Both the position numbers and the translations under genes were made by a program. A stretch of 64,000 nt of DNA, from contig CAWCFI010000003.1 in NCBI GenBank assembly GCA_963794705.1, positions 859,187-923,186 on the forward strand. Reading direction: 5' to 3'. The notes under the pieces were generated by a model. The model saw only the letters and a program-made list of their open reading frames with translations. It was not told the DNA's origin and did not search any database. Shown here piece after piece: positions 7,919-14,982 of this stretch; position 1 is the stretch's first letter, and every line of letters begins with the position of its first letter. This DNA is from an uncultured Acidobacteriota bacterium. GTDB lineage: Bacteria > Acidobacteriota > Vicinamibacteria > Vicinamibacterales > CAVVIG01.

Positions 7919-10403
7919 TTATTCCAGATCCACCGCATGCTCGGCGATGAACGCTTCGACCGCCGCGTTGTCCACCGAGGTGAACGCGATGCCCGCCGGG
8001 TAGCGGTAGGGGCGCCCCTTCGCGGTCTGCTCGCGCCGCGCCCAGAGGAGACGGCCCTGGCAGAAACAGGACTCGTCATCCGATAGCAGCGTCAGCGTCA
8101 CCATCGTCCCCACTTCCGGAGAGGTGGCGAAGATCACCTGCGCCCCCGTCAACGACAGATCGACCAGGAGCGCCGGTGCGCGATCGACCTGCACGCGCTT
8201 GAGCGGCTTGAAGCCGTAACGTTTGGCGGGAGTACCGCCGCGCTCGATTGGTGGCACCGCCTCCGGCGGAAGCAGCGATCCCAGTTCGACGTCCGCGTCG
8301 CGAGGCCCGCGGTCGCGCGCGAACAGCTGCAACTCGAGGGCGTGGATCCGCTCGAGCGCGACCTCGAGCTGCTGCGCTGAGTCCGGATCCGCGGCGGCGG
8401 CAGGCGCGGAGGCGAGCGCCGCGAGCTCGGCGGCCAGCGCGTCGCGCTCACGGGTCGCCGCCTCGGCGCGCTCCTGCGCCTGCTGCAGCGCCCGCGCGCG
8501 CTTCGCATCGATCGCGGCCAGGCGCTCGTCGACGGCCGCGTTCATGCCCTGCACCGACTTCACCGCCGCGGCGAGCCGCGACCCGAGCTCGTCGCGATCC
8601 GCGACGGCCTCTTCCGCGCGTTCCTCCGCCTCGAGGCGCGCTTGCTCGGCCGCGGCCAGTTCGCCGTCGATCACGGTCAGCCGGGCGTCGGCGTCGGCCC
8701 ATGCCGCGGCGGTCTGTTTTCGTTCGACGTCGAACGCCGCGGACAACGCGTCGCGGTCCCGGACCGCCGCCGACTCGCGAGCGATCGCCGCATTCGCCGC
8801 CTCTTCGAGCTCGGCGATTCGCCGCGACAACGCAGCGGTGGTCGCGAGCTGCTCCGCGGTTTCGCCGGCGGCCGCGGAAAGCCGCGACGCAAGCTCGTCT
8901 CGATCGGCGATCGACTCTTCGAGCTCCGTGACGCGGCGCTCGAGCGTTTCGACCGTGGCGCGGTGTCCAGCGGACTCCTCGCCGGCCGCCGCGATCCGCG
9001 ACGCCAGCCGATCGCGTTCCGCGGTCGCCTCCGTCACTCGCGCCTCGGCTTCGAGCCAGGCGCGCTCGGCCTCCACCCGTTCGGCATCGACCGCGCTCAG
9101 CCGCGCGTCGGCGGCGGCCGAGGCGTCCGCGGCCTTCTGCCGTTCGGCTTCCAGCGCCGCAGTCAATGCGTCGCGCTCCGTGACCACGTCCGATGCGCGA
9201 GCGCGCGCCTCGGTGCCCGATTCCTCCAGCTCCTCGATCCGATGCTCGAGCGCGGCAATCGCGTTCCGGTGTGCCTGGCCGTCGGTTGCGAGCCGCGTTT
9301 CCGCGGCCTGCCGGGCTTCCGCCAGCTCGCGCTCCAGCGCGGCCTGCGTCGTCGCGGCCTCGGCGGCGGCGGCGCGGTGCGCGGCCAAAGTGGTTTCGAG
9401 CTCGGCGTGCGACGCCGCCATTTCAGCGGCCTCGGCGTGCTGCGCGCGCAGATCGGTTTCGAGCTGCGCATGCCTCGCCGCCATTTCGGCAGCGGCGGTG
9501 CGCTGCACATCCAGATCGGTCTCGAGCTCGGCGTGTCGTGTCGCCAGCTCCGCGGCGGCGGCACGCTGCGCGCCCAAATCGGTCTCGAGTTCGGCACGCC
9601 GCGTCGCCGCCTCGGCGGCGGCGGCGCGCTGGGCAGTCAGGTCGGACTCGAGCGAGGAGCTGCGGGCACGCACGCCCTCGAGTTCCCGATCCAACTCGGC
9701 GAGCTGACGGCTCCGCGCGGCCTCGGCGTCGGTCGCGGACTTGCGCGCCGCGCGCTCGCGCTGAAGCTCGCCTGTACCTCTCGACCCCCGCCTGCCGCGC
9801 CTGGTCGAGCGAGGCGCGGAGGGCCTCGCATTCCTGCTGCAGCCGAGCCGTCGAGGTTCGTTCGCGTTCGAGCGCGGCCTGTTCGCGCTCGACCTCGCCC
9901 CGGAGACCCTGAACGACCGTTCGCTCCGCATCGAGCTCGCGCCGCAGCGAATCGGCGGACTTGCCGCGGGCGTTGACCTCATCGCGCAGGGTACTGATGG
10001 CGCGGTCCTTTGCGCCGGTCTCTGCCCGGAGTGCATCGGCCGCGCCGCGGTTCGCGTCACGCTCGGCTCGCAGTGCCTCGGCGCCGGCGCGCTCGGACTC
10101 GAGCGCCGCCTGCGCTTCGACCACCGCCACGGAAGCCGTCTGCTGCGCGTCCAGCTGGGCCTCGAGGATGGCCCGCGCGGCCGCCGACTCGGCTTCGGCC
10201 GTCGCCACCCGCGCCAGATCGATGACGAGGCGTTCGAGCGAGGTCCGCGAATCGGGATTTGCGAGCGCGGTCTCGAGCGCGGCCAGCTTCACGTCGAGCT
10301 CGGCACGCAGGGCGTCGAGCTCGCGCCGGGCCGTGGCGACGAGCGACGAACGGTGAGTATCCGGCGACGGACCAGTCGATGCGGTTCGGCGTAAATCGGT
10401 CAT
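7919..10403 (-). pseudogene. ~830-aa Ala/Glu/Arg-rich coiled-coil protein with C-terminal PilZ-like domain; one frameshift as sequenced
   Basis: The C-terminus KRYGFKPLKRVQVDRAPALLVDLSLTGAQV..GIAF resembles PilZ (DxSxxG present, RxxxR replaced by KRxxxK). The N-terminal part is in ORF 9423..10457 from MTDLRR (ATG 10403). The frames join if one C of the C5 run at 9785-9789 is removed. Confidence 0.7.
9341..9655 (-). repeat. five tandem 63-bp (21-aa) coding repeats inside the coiled-coil gene
   Basis: Units are SLESDLTAQRAAAAEAATRRA / ELETDLGAQRAAAAELATRHA / ELETDLDVQRTAAAEMAARHA / QLETDLRAQHAEAAEMAASHA / ELETTLAAHRAAAAEAATTQA. Confidence 0.85.
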
Positions 10404-10437
10404 TCGGTGGATGCAGAACGAATTATAGTTTTGGTCT
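10404..10437. promoter_or_regulatory. divergent spacer with overlapping -10 boxes (coiled-coil/PilZ gene and PEGA gene)
   Basis: The core is aATTATAGTt. On plus, TATAGT (10424-10429) lies 8 nt before GTG 10438. On minus, TATAAT (10427-10422) lies 18 nt before ATG 10403. Confidence 0.4.
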
Positions 10438-11535
10438 GTGCCCGTCAACGACGACAACTTGCCAGAGCACGACCGGTTGATTCAGGCGGCCCATGCCGCC
10501 TCGAGCTGGGTGCGCGCCCGCCGGGCCACCTGGGCCAACGAGCCGGAGACGACAGGCCCGGCCTCGCCCGAGGTTGCCGGAGGCGACTTCGAATTCTTGC
10601 CCGCTCCGCCGGCAACGCTCCGCCCGTCCGGCCCCCTTCCATCGCCAATCCCATCCGCCGCGCCCGATCCTCACCGCAGTCCGGACGATCGATTGGATGC
10701 GAAAGCGGGTCGCAGCTCGTTGCCCGAGTTGAGCGAGCGCGTGCGCCGCTGGCTTGCGGGCGGGACGATTGGGCTGGCGGTGATCGGGGCGGCGTTTGCC
10801 GGCGGACGGTATCTCTGGCGATCGTTGCCGGAGCGTCCCGCACGACCGGCCGCGGCGGCCCCCGCGCCGGTCGCGCCGGCGGCTGCGGTCGAACGGAAAC
10901 CGCCGCTTCCTGCCGTCGCGTCGCGCAAAGGCATGGGCTCGCTGAGGGTGAGCTCCACCCCCGCCGGCGCCCAGGTGCTGGTAGACGGCAAGGCCCGCGG
11001 CGCCACCCCCTTGACGCTCGCCGACGTGAGTCCCGGCCGTCACGACGTCGCGCTGCGAAGCGACGCCGGCACGGTCACCCGGACCGTCACCGTTTCGGCG
11101 AATGCGACCGTCGACATCGACGAGGCGATTTTCTCCGGCTTCGTCACCGTCTACTCGCCCTTTGAGGTGACCGTCAGCGAGAACGGCAAAGTGCTCAGGG
11201 CCGACGACCGCCACCAGATCATGCTGCCGGCAGGCGGGCACGAACTCAGACTGGTCAACCGCACGCTCGGATTTGATGCGGTCCGCCAGGTCGAGGTGAA
11301 ACCGGGCGACGCGACCAACCTGCAGTTGACGCCGGACCCGTCGCCGCTCACGGTGACGGCATCGGACGCCGCGGAGGTCTGGCTCGACGGCACCCGGCTT
11401 GGCGAGACCCCGATGAATGCGACGCCGGTGCCTCTGGGCGCCCACGAAATCGTGGTCAAGCGCGCCGCCGGGGGCGAGCGCCGCTTCAACGTCACCATCG
11501 GCGCGAAGCCCTTCACGCTGAACGTCAACTTCTAG
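10438..11535 (+). CDS. PEGA domain-containing membrane protein
   Basis: Pro-rich N-terminal region, TM segment GGTIGLAVIGAAFAGG, then PEGA-type modules (LRVSSTPAGAQVLVDGKARGATPLTLADVSPGRHDVAL; VWLDGTRLGETPMNATPVPLGAHEIVV). Confidence 0.75.
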   Translation: MPVNDDNLPEHDRLIQAAHAASSWVRARRATWANEPETTGPASPEVAGGDFEFLPAPPATLRPSGPLPSPIPSAAPDPHRSPDDRLDAKAGRSSLPELSERVRRWLAGGTIGLAVIGAAFAGGRYLWRSLPERPARPAAAAPAPVAPAAAVERKPPLPAVASRKGMGSLRVSSTPAGAQVLVDGKARGATPLTLADVSPGRHDVALRSDAGTVTRTVTVSANATVDIDEAIFSGFVTVYSPFEVTVSENGKVLRADDRHQIMLPAGGHELRLVNRTLGFDAVRQVEVKPGDATNLQLTPDPSPLTVTASDAAEVWLDGTRLGETPMNATPVPLGAHEIVVKRAAGGERRFNVTIGAKPFTLNVNF

Positions 11536-11558
11536 GGCCCCGACCCGGACCGATTCCC

Positions 11559-11933
11559 TCACGCGGCGAGCCGTCTCGACGGGTCGCGGATCAGCATCGA
11601 CAACGCCAGGCTCACCAGGCTCACGACCAGGGCGCCGAAGAACGCGGCCCAGAATCCGCTCACGTGAAATCCGAGCCCGAGGGTCGACGACAGCGAGCTG
11701 GTCAGCCACAGCATCAGGCCGTTGATGACCAGCGCAAAGATCCCGAGCGTGACGATGATCAGCGGAAACGTCAGGATTTTGGCGAGCGGCCGCAGCGATG
11801 CATTCAGCATCCCGAACACCAGCGCCACACCGAGCATCGGCAGCGGTCCGCCGTCGAAAGTGACGCCCGGCACGATCCGGGTGGCGACCCAGAGCGCCGC
11901 CGCGTTGACGAGCAGTCGAACCAGAAACGGCAT
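11559..11933 (-). CDS. phage holin family IV / DUF360 (YvlD-like) small membrane protein
   Basis: MPFLVRLLVNAAALWVATRIVPGV..LPMLGVALVFGMLNASLRPLAKILTFPLIIVTLGIFALVINGLML shows the typical 4-TM pattern. The ORF can extend to GTG 11948, but ATG 11933 matches the family N-terminus. Confidence 0.75.
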   Translation of the reverse strand: MPFLVRLLVNAAALWVATRIVPGVTFDGGPLPMLGVALVFGMLNASLRPLAKILTFPLIIVTLGIFALVINGLMLWLTSSLSSTLGLGFHVSGFWAAFFGALVVSLVSLALSMLIRDPSRRLAA

Positions 11934-11951
11934 AGGGGTATTATTCACCTC
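11934..11951. promoter_or_regulatory. 18-bp divergent spacer with overlapping -10 boxes (leaderless-type)
   Basis: On plus, TATTAT (11939-11944) lies 7 nt before ATG 11952. On minus, AATAAT (11945-11940) lies 6 nt before ATG 11933. Confidence 0.4.
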
Positions 11952-12635
11952 ATGGCCTCGAAATCACGCCGTTCCTTTCTCTCGAATCTCGGCGTCGCCG
12001 CTTCGGCCGCCAGCGTCACGCTCGCGGGCGGCGCCACGGTCGCGCACGCCCAGACCGCTGCCGACGGCCGCTGGCAGCCCGCCCGCCACGAGAAGGACGA
12101 CTGGTACGATCAGCTGCCGGGCAAGCACCGGCTGTTCTTCGACACCACCAAGCCGGACGCCCTCGAAGACGCGATCCAGTTCGCGGGAAACTTTTATAGC
12201 GCCAACCGGAGCGATTACGGCCTGGAAAATGGCGACCTCGCCGTGGTCATCTGCATGCGCCACCGGTCGGCGCCGTTCGCGTTCAACGACGCCATCTGGG
12301 CCAAGTACGGCGTGACGCTGGCGAAGCGCGCGGAGTTCGTCGATCCGAAGACGCAGGAGCCGCCGAAGGTCAATTTCTTCACCCCGGTAGCGCCGGCCGC
12401 GCCGGCGCGGGCGCGCGGGCTGGCCAGCTTGATGAAGCTCGGGGTGCAGTTCGCGATCTGCAACCTGTCGACGCACGGCATCGCCAGCATGATTGCCGGG
12501 GCCACCGGCGGCACGGCCGACGCCATCTACAAGGAGCTGGCGGCCAACCTGATCGACCAGGCGCGCCTGGTGCCGGCGGGGATCGTCGCCGTGAATCGCG
12601 CCCAGGAGCGCGGCTTCTCGATCACCGGCTCATGA
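11952..12635 (+). CDS. Tat-exported DsrE/DsrF-like family protein
   Basis: Twin-arginine signal MASKSRRSFLSNLGVAASAASVTLAGG..AHA. The body (KHRLFFD..LAVVICMRHRS..LMKLGVQFAICNLSTHGIA..LVPAGIVAVNRAQERGFSI) resembles DsrE-like proteins. Confidence 0.5.
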   Translation: MASKSRRSFLSNLGVAASAASVTLAGGATVAHAQTAADGRWQPARHEKDDWYDQLPGKHRLFFDTTKPDALEDAIQFAGNFYSANRSDYGLENGDLAVVICMRHRSAPFAFNDAIWAKYGVTLAKRAEFVDPKTQEPPKVNFFTPVAPAAPARARGLASLMKLGVQFAICNLSTHGIASMIAGATGGTADAIYKELAANLIDQARLVPAGIVAVNRAQERGFSITGS

Positions 12636-13687
12636 TCCGCCGCACCGACGATCTTCGCATCCGCGACGTCCGGCCACTGATTCCGCCCGCCATCCTGTCC
12701 GAGGAGATCCCGATCAGTGAGCGGGCGTCGAACGTGGTCTCGGACGCCCGGGCCGCGATCACCGCCGTGATCGAAGGCCGGGATCCGCGGCTGGTGGTGG
12801 TGGTCGGCCCCTGCTCGATTCACGACACGGTGGCGGCGCTCGACTACGCCGCGCGCCTCCAGCCGATCGCCGCGCGACTGGCGGACAGCCTGATCGTGGT
12901 GATGCGCACCTACTTCGAGAAGCCGCGGACGGTGGTCGGCTGGAAGGGCCTGATCAACGATCCCGATCTCGACGAGAGCTTCCACATCAACAAGGGGCTG
13001 CGCCTGGCGCGGCAGCTGCTGCTCGAGATCAACGATCTGGGGCTGCCGACCGGCTCGGAATTTCTCGACACCCAGATCCCGCAGCACATCGCCGACCTGA
13101 CGTCGTGGGTGGCGATCGGCGCGCGGACCGCGGAGAGCCAGGTCCATCGCGAGCTCGCGTCGGGCCTGTCGATGCCGGTCGGCTTCAAGAACAGCACCGA
13201 TGGCAGCACCCAGATCGCCGTCGACGCCGTGCTGGCGGCGCGCTCGCCGCACTGGTTTCCGTCGGTGACCAAGCAGGGCGTCTCCGCCATCTTCCATACC
13301 GTCGGCAACGACACCTGCCACGTGATCTTGCGCGGCGGCACCCGCACCGGCCCCAACTACGACGCGGAGCACGTCGCCAAGGTCGGTGCGCGGCTCGCGT
13401 CGAAGGGCCTGCGCGAGAGCGTGATGGTGGACTGCTCGCACGGCAACAGCGTCAAGGATCATCAGAAGCAGGGCGCCGTCGCCGAGGCGGTCAGCGCCCA
13501 GATCGCCGACGGTTCCCGCCGCATTTTCGGCGCGATGCTGGAGAGTCATCTGGTCGACGGCCGGCAGGACTACGTCCCCGGCCGCGCCGCGGTGTACGGC
13601 CAGAGCATTACCGACGCGTGTCTGTCGCTGGAGCAGACGGAGCCGCTGCTCGAGCGTCTGGCGTTGGCGCAGCGCGCCCGCGGATAG
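12632..13687 (+). CDS. aroG: 3-deoxy-7-phosphoheptulonate (DAHP) synthase, class I (AroF/G/H type)
   Basis: Motifs include GPCSIHD, MRTYFEKPRTVVGWKGLINDP, IGARTAESQVHRELASGLSMPVGFKN and VDCSHGNS. The ATGA overlaps the upstream gene. Confidence 0.9.
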   Translation: MIRRTDDLRIRDVRPLIPPAILSEEIPISERASNVVSDARAAITAVIEGRDPRLVVVVGPCSIHDTVAALDYAARLQPIAARLADSLIVVMRTYFEKPRTVVGWKGLINDPDLDESFHINKGLRLARQLLLEINDLGLPTGSEFLDTQIPQHIADLTSWVAIGARTAESQVHRELASGLSMPVGFKNSTDGSTQIAVDAVLAARSPHWFPSVTKQGVSAIFHTVGNDTCHVILRGGTRTGPNYDAEHVAKVGARLASKGLRESVMVDCSHGNSVKDHQKQGAVAEAVSAQIADGSRRIFGAMLESHLVDGRQDYVPGRAAVYGQSITDACLSLEQTEPLLERLALAQRARG

Positions 13688-13711
13688 CGCTTGTCCACGG
13701 ACTGTCCACGC

Positions 13712-13754
13712 ATGTAAGGTGTCTGACACCATGTAAGGGGTCTGACCCCTTACA
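13712..13754. terminator. two tandem palindromic units downstream of the DAHP synthase gene (REP-like or terminator)
   Basis: ATGTAAGGTGTCTGACACC (13712-13730) and ATGTAAGGGGTCTGACCCC (13731-13749). The second extends to a 23-nt perfect palindrome TGTAAGGGGTC-T-GACCCCTTACA (13732-13754). Confidence 0.45.
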
Positions 13755-13769
13755 ACTGGAGGCTGATAT

Positions 13770-14876
13770 ATGAAACGCTTCGTCATCGCCCTGGTTGCGC
13801 TGCTCGGCGCCGCGACCGCGTCCGCGCAGGTTCCGGAGATTCCCTTCGAGGGCAACGTCAACTTCCTCAAGCTGCCGCCCGACATGAACGTCGGCGAAGT
13901 GTCTGGCGTCGCCGTCAATTCGAAGGGCGACGTGGCAATCTTCACCCGGTCCAACAGCGCCGGCGGCCCCGCCTATGGCGCGACCGCCTCGCAGGTGCTG
14001 CTGTTCGACAAGACCGGCAAGTTCCTGCGCGAGATCGGCAAGGGCCTCTACGCCTGGTCCTACGCCCACGCCATCCGCTTCGACAAGGACGACAACCTCT
14101 GGGCGATCGACAAGGGCTCGGACATGATCGTCCGCATCAATCCGGAAGGCCACGTCACGATGGTGTTCGGCCGCAAGAAGGAAGCGTCCGACGATGCGGA
14201 GCCGTGGAAGCGGGTGACGCCGCCGCTGCCGCCGATCAACGGCCAGTTCCGCCAGCCGACCGACGTGGCGTGGGACACCGAGGGCAACATCTACATCAGC
14301 GACGGCTACATCAACTCGCGCGTGGCGAAGTTCACCAAGGACGGCGACTGGGTCGCGTCGATCGGCGAGCCGGGCCGGACCAAGATCGGCGAGCTGAACA
14401 CGCCGCACACGATCTCGTACGACGCCAAGGGCAACATCTACGTCGGCGACCGCGGCAACCGCCGCATCCAGGTGATCGACCCGAAGACCAACACGCTGGT
14501 GCGCGAGATCAAGATCGACGTGCCGGTGCCGCCCGACGCCAAGCCGTGGATGGGTGCGACGCCGACCGCCGAGGGCGCGGCCGCCCAGAACGGCGCGCCG
14601 TGGGCGATCTGCGTCACCCCGCCCAACGCCGCCGGCCAGCAGTTCCTGTACAGCGCGGACGCCTTCCCCGGGCGGGTCTACAAACTGTCGATTCCCGATG
14701 GCAAGGTGCTCGGCTGGCTCGGCAAGTCGGGGCATCAGGCCAAGCAGTTCGGCTGGATTCACGAGATCGCCTGCCCGAGCGAGAACGAGATCTACGTCGC
14801 CGAGCTGCTCAACTGGCGGCTGCAGAAGCTGACGCTGAAGCCCGCCGGCACGAAGAGCACGGCCGCCGGTCAGTAA
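13770..14876 (+). CDS. secreted NHL-repeat six-bladed beta-propeller protein (peptidylglycine-amidating-lyase-like fold)
   Basis: Signal peptide MKRFVIALVALLGAATASA. NHL-type repeats include PTDVAWDTEGNIYISDGYINSRVAKF and PHTISYDAKGNIYVGDRGNRRIQV. GGAGG SD lies 7 nt upstream. Confidence 0.8.
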   Translation: MKRFVIALVALLGAATASAQVPEIPFEGNVNFLKLPPDMNVGEVSGVAVNSKGDVAIFTRSNSAGGPAYGATASQVLLFDKTGKFLREIGKGLYAWSYAHAIRFDKDDNLWAIDKGSDMIVRINPEGHVTMVFGRKKEASDDAEPWKRVTPPLPPINGQFRQPTDVAWDTEGNIYISDGYINSRVAKFTKDGDWVASIGEPGRTKIGELNTPHTISYDAKGNIYVGDRGNRRIQVIDPKTNTLVREIKIDVPVPPDAKPWMGATPTAEGAAAQNGAPWAICVTPPNAAGQQFLYSADAFPGRVYKLSIPDGKVLGWLGKSGHQAKQFGWIHEIACPSENEIYVAELLNWRLQKLTLKPAGTKSTAAGQ

Positions 14877-14975
14877 GTTACAAAGTACAGAGTACGAAGG
14901 CTGAAGTACGAAAGGCTGCGGCGCCAAGCAGCCTCCTGCTTCAGACTTCGTCACCTTCAAACTTCGTCATTCCAC
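14874..14975. repeat. 7-nt-period word array plus imperfect long palindrome between convergent genes
   Basis: TAAGTTA CAAAGTA CAGAGTA CGAAGGC TGAAGTA CGAAAGG (14874-14915). The central hairpin is AGGCTGC-8 nt-GCAGCCT (14913-14934). Complementary-sense words GACTTCG TCACCTT CAAACTT CGTCATT follow. Confidence 0.6.
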
Positions 14976-14982
14976 GCTCCCC

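Noticed and set aside
9341-9655. Tandem repeats (63-bp units here; 7-nt and 9-nt arrays elsewhere) as possible CRISPR arrays.
   Set aside because: There is no repeat-spacer alternation and the units are directly adjacent. The 63-bp and 9-nt repeats are in-frame coding sequence. No cas genes are present in the window.
11559-11948. The holin-family gene as a sign of a prophage or lysis cassette.
   Set aside because: It is a single DUF360/holin-IV type gene, which is common on chromosomes. There is no endolysin, terminase, capsid, tail or integrase gene nearby, and the flanks are housekeeping genes.
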